Below, piece after piece: positions 40,557-50,547 of a stretch of 64,000 bases of DNA. The position numbers and the translations under genes are program-made. Each line of letters starts with the position of its first letter. Position 1 is the first letter of the stretch. Origin of the DNA: Williopsis jadinii (lineage: Eukaryota); NCBI GenBank assembly GCA_024346625.1, contig AP024665.1:496001-560000 (forward strand), written 5' to 3'. A model generated the notes under the pieces. The model did not search any database. It was not told the DNA's origin and saw only the letters and a list, made by a program, of their open reading frames with translations.

Positions 40557-41093
40557 ATGGGGGATATGGGTTATAGACTTCCAAGCATTTCGACCATTGG
40601 AACGCTCTCTGAGGAGGCAAAGGGTGAGGTTCTAAACAACTTGTTTGAACCTCACGATTCGATCGTGCGTTATCTCAAGCCGCTGTTTGAACAGAGCTAT
40701 AAAGACTACGACCAGTTCATAGACAGTGCGTTGAAAAGATTCCAGGAGCTGGACCCACATTCTGAGTTGGCAAAGGACATCATCAGCTCACACCCTCGTC
40801 TTGGAGTCCCAAGGGGCACAGAGCTGAGTGAACACAGTGCTAAAGAACAGGAAAACTTACAAGGAGATGATGGCGTTGTTGTAGAATTCTCCCGGCTGAA
40901 CAAACTATATGAAAGCACTTATCCAGGCTTGAGATTCGTACTGTTTGTAAACGGCAGGGACAAAGAATCTGTAAAAAGCGTCTTCAAGCAGAGAATTGAA
41001 AGGAACAATTACGAACTGGAAGTGAGAGATGCCATTGAAGCAATGTGTGACATCGCCAAGGACAGGGCACACAAACTACTGAGTAAGCTATAG
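40557..41093 (+). CDS. OHCU (2-oxo-4-hydroxy-4-carboxy-5-ureidoimidazoline) decarboxylase, uric acid to allantoin pathway
   Basis: LFE, HPRLG, S..EQ, LN..YE..YPGLRFV.FVNGR and DIA.DR motifs of the UraD/PRHOXNB family; start at 40557 or 40566. Confidence 0.9.
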   Translation: MGDMGYRLPSISTIGTLSEEAKGEVLNNLFEPHDSIVRYLKPLFEQSYKDYDQFIDSALKRFQELDPHSELAKDIISSHPRLGVPRGTELSEHSAKEQENLQGDDGVVVEFSRLNKLYESTYPGLRFVLFVNGRDKESVKSVFKQRIERNNYELEVRDAIEAMCDIAKDRAHKLLSKL

Positions 41094-41413
41094 GCCATTT
41101 GTTGCTTCCCAATGTTGGTGATAGTAAGAGCGTTACGGTGTTGACAATAGTAATAGTATGATGTGATAATGAAAACAGTACGTAGATCGAATGAATTAGT
41201 GCATTACATTGGGAACAAACAGCATAAAGGAATACCCGTTGTTGCTGTAGCGATTCATGAAACCAAAAGATAAACCAAGGGGGAGAAAGAAAACATCGTA
41301 ATCTCGTTCAACACGCACCACACACACACACACAATCAGGCACAGCCTTTGATTGACATGGGACAACATTCCTTTTATTTAGTTTTACTCTCTTTCTGGT
41401 GTTCTCCGTCATC

Positions 41414-42478
41414 TCACAAAAAGTAATCAGGCGTCTTTCTCGTAACTGTTGGCTCACCAGGTCTCACACTCGGGTCGTATTGCAAGAACTGTCTGCTGTG
41501 TTGCTCGTCAACTTCCATGATGGCAGCTTGGTTGCCGCATCTGTAACAATAGTTTGGTGCACTGAAGATGGTGACAACGGCCTCCTCGTGGGACCACGAG
41601 TAACCTTCCATCACCAGTTGATGGGCTCTGGCGATTAACGAAAGGCCGTTTGTATGGTTGAACTGTTCACTAATATCTTGTCCAAAGGTGAACCCGGCAC
41701 CACGAGGACTGATTCCCCATCCACCTCTGTCATCTGGATCGGACCACAACAAGTCACACATTGGACCTTCATGTGGAACCTCTTGGATTCTGTTCAATTC
41801 ACGAACTTGGTCAATTGTCTCAATCATTGGGGATAATCCACCATGAAGACAGAATATTTTGTTATCAACTAATGCGGTGATTGGGAAGTAGTCAAACAAA
41901 TCGGTGAATAGCTTCCAAACGTTTGCGCTTCCGTATTTACGCAGACATTCGTCGTAAAATCCATAAACTTGTGTGATCTGTCTTGACTCGTGGTTTCCTC
42001 TTAAGATGGTGATTCTACTTGGGTATCTAACCTTCATGGCAACGAGATAACTGACAGTCTCCACAGAGTAGTAACCTCTATCGACGTAATCACCCATGAA
42101 CAGGTAGTTTGTGTCTGGACATGGACCGCCAATCTTGAAGAGTTCCATCAGGTCGTGGAACTGGCCGTGCACATCACCACATATCGTCACAGGCACCTGG
42201 ACAGGCTGGACATTCTCTTCAAATTGCAGAACGTCGATCGCCATCTGACACAGCTTCTTCACGTTCTCCTCACTCAGCGGCTGGCATTTGCCCAAATGTT
42301 CAATCCACTCGTCAAGTTGCCCGATCGACGAGGTCGAAAGCTCAGGCGCGTGCCCATCCTTAGGGGTGAACCTGTTGCTGAAGGAATACTCCTGTGAGGT
42401 GTTTCCCTCCTCCTCTTCTTCAAGCGTGGTATCTAATCCCACAGCATCCTCCATTTGAACATCGGTATCTAAATCCAT
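41414..42478 (-). CDS. PPH21: Protein phosphatase 2A catalytic subunit (Pph21/22 ortholog)
   Basis: [29 protein letters not shown]-terminal TPDYFL; acidic N-terminal extension. Confidence 0.97.
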   Translation of the reverse strand: MDLDTDVQMEDAVGLDTTLEEEEEGNTSQEYSFSNRFTPKDGHAPELSTSSIGQLDEWIEHLGKCQPLSEENVKKLCQMAIDVLQFEENVQPVQVPVTICGDVHGQFHDLMELFKIGGPCPDTNYLFMGDYVDRGYYSVETVSYLVAMKVRYPSRITILRGNHESRQITQVYGFYDECLRKYGSANVWKLFTDLFDYFPITALVDNKIFCLHGGLSPMIETIDQVRELNRIQEVPHEGPMCDLLWSDPDDRGGWGISPRGAGFTFGQDISEQFNHTNGLSLIARAHQLVMEGYSWSHEEAVVTIFSAPNYCYRCGNQAAIMEVDEQHSRQFLQYDPSVRPGEPTVTRKTPDYFL

Positions 42479-44034
42479 GGTTTATAATCTTGTCGCCTTA
42501 TTTGAATAGTTGGGCGCGTTGGCGTTCTTTCTCTGTTTGTTTGTGCTGTGTTGTTAGTTGGAACGTCCTCCCATAAAAAACTGTGTCGATGGCTTGTTGT
42601 TTTTTTATCACGAATTTGTTTCCCTTTTCGTCCCTCCGTGGTTGTTTGAGCTGAAATTTCTCTCTCTGACTTTTTGTCCGTCTGCTGCCGAATTTTCTCT
42701 GTGTGTGTTTTTTCGTCTCGTTGCCCCCCTCCGGCGCACTGATTGGCACGGGTTTTTTGGGCGGGATCGCTCGTCAGAGGGTCAACAATTACGTCATTTT
42801 ATTGGTACAGGCACTGGTTATTTGACCGAAGTAGGACAGTGATTATGTAATACTGGAGTTATTTGATGCTTTGAGTGGTTGTGCTAGGGGTAAGTTACTG
42901 GAGTGTTATTGGAGTGTTATACGCGTCTATATGAGATTTATGGCTGTAGAGGAGGTGTTTAGAAATGCGTTGTGTATAGGGGGTTGTATGGTGCAACGAA
43001 GGACAGAAGTAACTGGGAAGTGGAATTGTCAACTACCCATGATGATCTTCGAGTCTTTACATGGATGGTAGTGCTCACCGTCCCCCTCCCCTCCACAGCG
43101 TGGAAATGGCTCAAACCATTCGACTGACTCTAATAGATTCGATTAGTGGTTTATAACAACAACGACACTGTCTTAGAACAAGCCCTAACTATAGCTGCAG
43201 GCACAGTTGCTACTCTCAACTTCAAATATTGAAGTGTGTCTGGCCAGAGGCGATACCTCAGTACAGCAATACATCTGCTCACAAGTACACTCGTAGCACC
43301 AGGCAACATTACAACTGTGAGATCCATATGTGGTAGCCACCTCTATAAACTTCGGATGACTGCTATGTCATGTTGGTGTTCGGGTTTAATATGGCATAAC
43401 CTGCAGGGTAGGAAGTGTCAGTCACGTATGGATGTTCTTTTTAATATAATAACACCATGAAAATCCATGGAGAATCACAAACTATCATTAGATCTGTTTT
43501 ATTTTACCAGAATTCTCTATAATTTGGCTTTAATGCTCATAAATCCATAATTATCTATTAATTATTCTACAATTAGTAAGTGCCTGCAAAATCCAAGATT
43601 ATAGAAGAAGCTCCCCATTTTTAAAAGCTGTGATATAAAATCGACTTAATTAATTCATTTCATGAAACAATAATTACAATTCTCTTTTATACAAATAATT
43701 ATCATTAATGTACTAAATTGATAGATGTAGTAAGATCGTCATAGTTATTGCTTTCACAATTGGTTATTGTAGTTTCAACTAGGTTGAATTACTGATACAT
43801 AGATACAAAGCACTGCACCTGTAGCAAGATCAGTATCGTCTCAAGATGACAGACCAATACTCTCATATGATACAGGAAATAAGAACCTGTCAAATTGGTG
43901 AACCATTCCAGTCAGTCGTTTACATAAACAAAATCTCAATAATCTCAAGCCATAAACTCTTCCAAACAGCCTCAAACTGCTCAGTGCAAATTACGCATCA
44001 AAGTTGGATTGTCATATAGATGTTTGTCATGCTT

Positions 44035-47000
44035 CTATGCCCTGTACCGTCTTCTACCCCGGTCTTCTCTGACTGGACGTGAAAGTCTCCATTCATCCTG
44101 ATTCTTAGAGAACCTGTTGAACAGTGGAACAATACGCTCTTCTTTACGTTTGGCTTTTGTCTTGGATCCATTGGCTTCGAAAAATTCTGGCGCAACTTCA
44201 ACAAGCCACTGGGGTTCCACAACAGTAACGTGGTTCATGTACTCCTTTGTGGTACTTCTGATAGTATCAAATAGTACGTACTGTGGTTGACTTCGAACAC
44301 CACTGGCAGGATGGATGTACACCTGAGTACCTTCTTCTAACGTCTTGTAACCTTCTTGTCTATCCCTTTTCGCAACGTTACGGAAAAACCCTGAGCACAA
44401 GGCCCTTCTAACACTGTTGGTATTACCCTCACATGAAACAATCGGATATCTATTTCTCTTGAAGATATCAACAAGTTGTCTTCTAATGTCTCTTGCTCTT
44501 TTCAAAGATCTCTCCTGAATGAAGTTCTCTTGACACCACTCACGTGAATAATCAGAGTTGACCCAGTGATTGTATACATTCAGAAGAGTGAGGTGATCTC
44601 CATGAGGATGGTGAAACCTAGCCTTTTTCTTGTCAGCCATCTCTTCTTTATCCTTTGGCCGGAAAAATATATTAGGTGTTGTAATCATAGAGAAGATTGT
44701 TATCATTTCATCGGAACATCTATAATGGATAGATTCGATAAGAGTTTTAGAGATCTTTGGCTCTGCTGGGATGTTCACAAGATTTCGACCGATTGCAGTG
44801 ATTCGAGATTCGTCATCAATAGCACGAAGATAATACAAGTCGTTGAGCGATAACATGATGGATTCTGTAGATGGAGGATCCATGAAATCGAAATGAATCA
44901 AATCATTAATACCAATAGCCTTCAACATCAAAAGGGTATTACTCAAGTTTTGTCTTTGAATTTCAGGTATCGTGTTAGGCAACATCTCATTCTTATAGGC
45001 CAGCTCTGTGTACAATCTATAGCACTTTCCCGGACCTGTTCTACCAGCTCTTCCTGCTCTTTGGTTTGCCTGCGCCTGTGAAATTGGCTTCACAGTCAAC
45101 ATATCAATACCTAGTTTAGGATCATACATGTTGACCTTGGCAAAACCTGGATCAACCACGTAAAAGATACCATCAATGGTCAAAGAAGTTTCAGCAATAT
45201 TAGTAGCCAGGATAACTTTTCTCGCTCCTGGTGGCGTAGGTTCAAATATTCTTGACTGCATTTCTGTAGGAAGGGCACTGTAAACAGGTAGAACGATTAG
45301 TTCACCAACATCTGACCCCAAAGACTTCATCTTCTCATTCAACACATCAGCACTTGTTTCAATCTCATCAGCACCAGTTAAGAACACCAAAATATCACCA
45401 GGGGCTTCAGAAACGTGTATGTGAATAACAGAATCCAAAGCAGCAGCCAAGTAATCTGGCTCTGGCTGTTTAGTATACAGAATTTCCACAGGGTATGTTC
45501 TACCTGGAATTTCAACAATCGGACAATCATTGAAGAATCTCGAGAACTTTTCAGAGTCCAACGTTGCAGACGTTACAATAACCTTCAAGTCAGGTCTTCT
45601 TCGTGCGGCCTTCTTTAGCAATGCAAATAGTATATCAGTTGCGATAGTTCTCTCATGGGCTTCATCCAACATAACCACCGAGTAGTTTGACATGTCTGGA
45701 TCCATGAGAGCTTCACGCTGTAGCATACCATCGGTGAGGTACTTGATCTTTGTAGCAGGGGATGTGTTTTCATCGAATCTCACGTTATAACCAACCTCTT
45801 GTCCTAACATTACACCCATCTCTTCGGCAACTCTTTTAGCCACACTTGTAGCTGCAACACGACGTGGTTGTGTACAACCAATGATACCGTTTTGAGCAAA
45901 TCCATCTTCGTACAAGTACTGAGTCAATTGTGTTGTCTTTCCGGAACCCGTTTCACCAACAATGACAATGAATTGGCTGTCATGTACAGCTCTGAGCAGT
46001 TGATTACGCATCTGGAAAACTGGAAGAGATTCACGTTGCTCTTTCATTGAAAGGTTTGTACGTTTACCAAATGACATGTTCTTGTTATTCCTTCTTTGAA
46101 ATTCAATGACATTATCGCCCTCTGGAATGTTTGTTTCATTAGCAAGTGGATCACTAGTACTCGTAGTACTAGAAACCTTTCCTTTCAACTTGCGCTCACG
46201 TTCTTCCTTCATCTCTGCTATTTTCTTTTCTCGTCTTTTCTTTGCCAAAGCAGAACCTGTCATGGCAGCTCTGTTCAAAGACCCCTCTGGTAACTTCACA
46301 ACCTTGGTGGGTTCTAACTTCTTCGGTTCAATGTTCAAACCTGCAAGGAATGGAGGAATTGACTGTTTAACTTCAACGTCAATCTCCTCCTCCTCTTCAT
46401 CCTGATGTGATTCTTCTCCGGTTTGCGCTTTGTCGTTGGTTTCATCCAATTCTGGGTAGTCTTTTGCAGATATTGCGCCTGATGCAATCAACTGTCGCAG
46501 CTCCCAACGTTCAGGAGATGTTAATCTCTTCTTTGTCTCTGTGAAAGTGTGCAGTTTTCGCCCTCTTCCATGTTCATGGTGATAATCTGGTATTAGATCA
46601 CCTGTAATTTGATCAACATCCTTCATAGAGAGCCCAATTTTGGTGCCTCTTATACTATCAACGCGCACATAAACCTGTTGTGACCTTTTCAAGACATCTG
46701 ATGGGTGTTCCACTCTTGTTTGCGAGATACAGGAGATATGAACCAGTCCATCAACCTTACCAGATACACCATCCAATCTAACAAATGCACCGAAATTTGT
46801 CATATTCACCACATGTCCAGTATACACCTTGTTCAAAATCGGCTCTCTATCGCGATGGTTGTCTCGAGACCTGAATTTATCCTCATATTCAAGCCTTCTA
46901 GGCGATTTCTCCCGTTTAAGTGTATCCTCGTGCTTGAAATCATCCCAGAGAGAGTCCATGGGCTCTGTCTTGACGTCAACATTGGGCAGAGACAAAAAGT

Positions 47001-47280
47001 CGAATTTTGCATCCACGGGCTCGCTCTTCACCTCCTTCTTAACAACACCAGCATCCTCTTCTTCTTTCACTTTCACTTCCTGCTTGAACACTCGTCTGAG
47101 CTGGTAGAAGAGCCTCATCACAAACTCCCTCGGGAACCCAGCACCCATCTCATCGAGGGACTCACTGAAGGCCTTGAGAGACCCACTTTCCTTGAACAAG
47201 TGAATAACAAAGTTCGCAACTTCTTCATCGTCAACACCAGCACTGCGTAGAATTTCCTTCTTGATATCCTCAAGATCCAT
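44035..47280 (-). CDS. PRP22: Pre-mRNA splicing DEAH-box helicase Prp22
   Basis: S1 domain, KRLTSPERWE, GETGSGKTTQ, DEAH, SAT, QRAGRAGR, HA2/OB C-terminus. Confidence 0.96.
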   Translation of the reverse strand: MDLEDIKKEILRSAGVDDEEVANFVIHLFKESGSLKAFSESLDEMGAGFPREFVMRLFYQLRRVFKQEVKVKEEEDAGVVKKEVKSEPVDAKFDFLSLPNVDVKTEPMDSLWDDFKHEDTLKREKSPRRLEYEDKFRSRDNHRDREPILNKVYTGHVVNMTNFGAFVRLDGVSGKVDGLVHISCISQTRVEHPSDVLKRSQQVYVRVDSIRGTKIGLSMKDVDQITGDLIPDYHHEHGRGRKLHTFTETKKRLTSPERWELRQLIASGAISAKDYPELDETNDKAQTGEESHQDEEEEEIDVEVKQSIPPFLAGLNIEPKKLEPTKVVKLPEGSLNRAAMTGSALAKKRREKKIAEMKEERERKLKGKVSSTTSTSDPLANETNIPEGDNVIEFQRRNNKNMSFGKRTNLSMKEQRESLPVFQMRNQLLRAVHDSQFIVIVGETGSGKTTQLTQYLYEDGFAQNGIIGCTQPRRVAATSVAKRVAEEMGVMLGQEVGYNVRFDENTSPATKIKYLTDGMLQREALMDPDMSNYSVVMLDEAHERTIATDILFALLKKAARRRPDLKVIVTSATLDSEKFSRFFNDCPIVEIPGRTYPVEILYTKQPEPDYLAAALDSVIHIHVSEAPGDILVFLTGADEIETSADVLNEKMKSLGSDVGELIVLPVYSALPTEMQSRIFEPTPPGARKVILATNIAETSLTIDGIFYVVDPGFAKVNMYDPKLGIDMLTVKPISQAQANQRAGRAGRTGPGKCYRLYTELAYKNEMLPNTIPEIQRQNLSNTLLMLKAIGINDLIHFDFMDPPSTESIMLSLNDLYYLRAIDDESRITAIGRNLVNIPAEPKISKTLIESIHYRCSDEMITIFSMITTPNIFFRPKDKEEMADKKKARFHHPHGDHLTLLNVYNHWVNSDYSREWCQENFIQERSLKRARDIRRQLVDIFKRNRYPIVSCEGNTNSVRRALCSGFFRNVAKRDRQEGYKTLEEGTQVYIHPASGVRSQPQYVLFDTIRSTTKEYMNHVTVVEPQWLVEVAPEFFEANGSKTKAKRKEERIVPLFNRFSKNQDEWRLSRPVREDRGRRRYRA

Positions 47281-47351
47281 CTCTCTATCCTTGCCTCTCC
47301 CGCCGTCGCCACTGGCTTTGTTATCTGGTGCTGTGCAGTGCCAATGAAGCC

Positions 47352-47378
47352 CGCAAAGAGCGCAAAGAGCGCAAAGCG
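47352..47378 (+). repeat. 9-bp tandem repeat x3 (CGCAAAGAG)
   Basis: cgcaaagag cgcaaagag cgcaaagcg in the PRP22/MATE divergent promoter. Confidence 0.8.
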
Positions 47379-47507
47379 GCGAGGGCCCAGAAAAATATTC
47401 AGCCTGCGCTTACGGGCCCCTCCGCCTAGAAAAACAAAGCCATCTCATCTCTCTCTGCCTAATGGAAGAGACACTAGGTAACTTTGCTTAGCAGCGGCTA
47501 ACGGGAG

Positions 47508-49436
47508 ATGGTGGCCAGTGCACTGTCCAAAGCTCTACAGCAGCTACATCCGAATCTCAGGACAAATGGGTTTGGTATTGGTAACTTACATAGGAAGTTA
47601 TCGCTCACGTTCATCCCACCGAGCACCAAGTCACCGTTGTTTGTGTACTCAAAGACCGGAGCCAGGAGCTTCCTCTCTCTGGGAACAGATTATGATGAGA
47701 TTCCCGAGGAGGATGAAGAGGAGTATGGTGGCGACTTGAGTAGAACTGTTTCGCTGCCATCACAGATCACTGAAAGGTCACAAGAGCCCGAGCTCGATTG
47801 GCTGTTGGAGGAGCACACGAGGAGGTACTCCAGTGTGCAGAACTCGGATGATGAGGATGATGAGGACGGCGACGATGCACTGGGTGTGGATACAGATCAG
47901 ACGTATCATGGGTATCAGGACGAATCTGACGACTTTGCACACTTCATGTCCAGAATACGGCACAACAGGGCAACAGCGAACGTTACGCAGAGGCGTAATT
48001 CATTCCAGTCCATTGGTTCTGTCAGTGTGGTACAGCAGACAGACGAGGACTTTGTCCATGAGAAAGTTACACTAAGGTCAGAAGCATCAATGCTCTTGCA
48101 GTACTCAATACCTCTGATAACGACGTTCTTCTTGGAACAGGTGTTCGCCATTGTGAGTGTCTTGGTGGTGGGCCATATTGGTAAGAATGAACTTGCTGCG
48201 GTTTCTTTAGCCACTATGACATCAAACATCATATTTGCCATTTTTGAAGGTATTTCAACGGCCCTGGATACGCTCTGTCCACAGGCATTTGGGGCTGGTG
48301 ATCTATATGGGGTTGGAATACACTTCCAAAGATGTACGTTGATGTCATTGACTCTATTCATTCCATTTGGAATTGCGTGGTGGTATTCAGAGGCACTGCT
48401 TAACCTGCTGGTTCCAGATAAACAAGTTGTACATTTAGCATCCGTCTTCCTAAGGATTATGCTACCAGGTGCTCCAGCATATATCATATTTGAGAATTTC
48501 AAAAGATATCTTCAGGCCCAAGGTATCTTTGAAGCTGGAACATATGTCTTACTCATATGCGCACCTTTGAATGTACTCTGCAGTTACATGCTTGTATGGA
48601 ACAAGTACATTGGACTGGGGTTCATCGGTGCTCCAATAGCAGTCACTTTGAACTTTTGGTTGATGCTCGTGCTGCTAACTCTGTACTGCGTGTTCATCGA
48701 TGGTGATAAATGCTGGGGAGGCTGGTCTAAGAGAAGTCTGGACCACTGGAAAGACCTCATGCATTTGGCAATCCCCGGGATGATTATGCTTGAAGCTGAG
48801 GGTCTATCCTATGAAATCATGACGTTGTTTGCCTCATACTTTGGAACAACTTACTTAGCAACACAGAGTGCCATTTCTACACTGGCATCTTTGTTATACA
48901 TGGTTCCCTTTTCCGTGGGGATTGCATCATCTACAAGAATAGCCAATTTCGTTGGTGCTGAAAGAATCGATTGTGCAAAACTCAGCGCAGAGATTGGCAT
49001 TTACTCAGGTGTGGTAGTTGGGGTGTTCAACTGCCTGATGATTATCATCTTTAGAAGACCATTGGCGAACATGTTCTCCAAAGATGATCAAGTGGTCGAT
49101 ATGATTGTCGACATATTCCCTCTAATTGCCGTTGTTGAGATCTTTGATGCGATGAACGCCGTCGCTGGAAGCTGTCTTAGAGGCCAGGGTATGCAAAGAA
49201 TCGGTAGTTACATCAACCTGGTGGTTTATTATGTGATTGGAGTGCCATTAGCGTGGCTCTTTGGCTATTACTGGGACTTCAAGCTGGAAGGATTATGGAT
49301 TAGTATTGGGTTTGGGCTCTTCTTAATTGGGGTAAGTGAGAGTTGGTGTGTCATAAAGGCTGATTGGAAGAAGGTGTTGGAAGAAGCACAATTGAGGAAG
49401 ATTAATGAACTGGAGAACGCAGAGATGAGCGATTGA
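47508..49436 (+). CDS. MATE family transporter (YDR338C/Erc1-like)
   Basis: N-terminus LSKAL...HPNLRTNG.GIGN.HR matches YDR338C as recalled; GH.G..ELAA.SL, LDTLCPQAFGA, GIASSTRIANFVGA, LRGQG.Q.IG. Confidence 0.92.
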   Translation: MVASALSKALQQLHPNLRTNGFGIGNLHRKLSLTFIPPSTKSPLFVYSKTGARSFLSLGTDYDEIPEEDEEEYGGDLSRTVSLPSQITERSQEPELDWLLEEHTRRYSSVQNSDDEDDEDGDDALGVDTDQTYHGYQDESDDFAHFMSRIRHNRATANVTQRRNSFQSIGSVSVVQQTDEDFVHEKVTLRSEASMLLQYSIPLITTFFLEQVFAIVSVLVVGHIGKNELAAVSLATMTSNIIFAIFEGISTALDTLCPQAFGAGDLYGVGIHFQRCTLMSLTLFIPFGIAWWYSEALLNLLVPDKQVVHLASVFLRIMLPGAPAYIIFENFKRYLQAQGIFEAGTYVLLICAPLNVLCSYMLVWNKYIGLGFIGAPIAVTLNFWLMLVLLTLYCVFIDGDKCWGGWSKRSLDHWKDLMHLAIPGMIMLEAEGLSYEIMTLFASYFGTTYLATQSAISTLASLLYMVPFSVGIASSTRIANFVGAERIDCAKLSAEIGIYSGVVVGVFNCLMIIIFRRPLANMFSKDDQVVDMIVDIFPLIAVVEIFDAMNAVAGSCLRGQGMQRIGSYINLVVYYVIGVPLAWLFGYYWDFKLEGLWISIGFGLFLIGVSESWCVIKADWKKVLEEAQLRKINELENAEMSD

Positions 49437-49538
49437 TCGGCTGTTTACTTTCGCGTCCTTTGTACTGAGGAAAAGAAAAAGTTTATATCATATAAATTAT
49501 AGCCCATAAGTATCATCATAAACATCATGTAAAGTATA

Positions 49539-50207
49539 TCAGAGGAGTGAAGGCGAGCTCAAAGGCTTATCGATCACCAAAATTGCACCGTTGTCGACAT
49601 TAGTCACCTTTTGAACTTTCAACCATTCGTTACTCTCACCAGACGAAACGTAGTAATCACCTTCGTCGTTCACCAACTTGATCACCTTACCATTTTCACT
49701 CATCAACTTAGCACCCAAATTTGATCTTTCAGAGCTCAAGACCTCGAATGGAACTTCACCATCCACCAAATGACTCTTGATGAAATCATCCACATTTGAT
49801 TGTATAATGGCATTTATCTCCTCCTCCGATTTGGATTCATCCACAGTAGTTGGGAACTGCCATGGCTTTAGTGGAAGGGTTTCAATCCCACTATCAGTTG
49901 GGGCAAACACAACTGTCTGCTTTTTGGCATCGTTGAAACGAGAAGCAACGTCGATGTCGTCCCTCACATACCCTGCGAAAACAGAGATCTCTGTATTAAC
50001 ATTAATGCCCGAAACTAGGAGCGTAGGGCCCTTCTGAGGCTCTTCACCTTTTGGAATATAGATACCATCAACACTTGAAGGATCCTCAAACAGAGGCTCC
50101 TGTCCTTCTCTCTTGGAGAGATCTATTTGCAGTTGGCTCAAATCGACAACATTCTTGGCCTGTGAGAGTGCAATAAGGGACACAAGTGTGAGCTTCGAGA
50201 ATAGCAT
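49539..50207 (-). CDS. Secreted fasciclin (FAS1) domain protein, YDR262W-like
   Basis: Signal peptide, KR dibasic site, TVVFAPTD (FAS1 H1), KPWQFP, NGAILVIDKPL (H2). Confidence 0.8.
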   Translation of the reverse strand: MLFSKLTLVSLIALSQAKNVVDLSQLQIDLSKREGQEPLFEDPSSVDGIYIPKGEEPQKGPTLLVSGINVNTEISVFAGYVRDDIDVASRFNDAKKQTVVFAPTDSGIETLPLKPWQFPTTVDESKSEEEINAIIQSNVDDFIKSHLVDGEVPFEVLSSERSNLGAKLMSENGKVIKLVNDEGDYYVSSGESNEWLKVQKVTNVDNGAILVIDKPLSSPSLL

Positions 50208-50547
50208 GTTGATACTGTGTGTGTAGAATGTCGTGGAAGTTATCCGAAGACGTGATTGGCTAAGAGGGAGGCAATGGCGTAGATGAGGAATCCCGCAGGG
50301 AAAAATTCCCGTTTATGTGTCACAACACTTTTCGGTTGGACATCCAGACACCAAAAAAGATTGCACAATCACCGGGCGTCGAGTTCCGACCAAGGGCACC
50401 CTCGGACTTCCCTTCCGGGACAGGTTCCGATCCCGTGGGAAGAGCCGAGGAGCCGGTAACCTCAGCTCTTCTTCCATTGTTTACAGATGCGATCTTTACC
50501 TCCAATTACACCAATCTGTTGATAGTTACAGCGAACTCTTGGTCACC

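Noticed and set aside
43421..43800. Point centromere (GTCACGTA followed by AT-rich DNA)
   Set aside because: CDEI has a mismatch and no CDEIII CCGAA motif follows
47478..47518. Intron (GTAACT...GGCTAAC...CAG) linking ATG 47462 to the MATE ORF
   Set aside because: Splicing would be out of frame, and the ORF from 47508 already matches the family N-terminus
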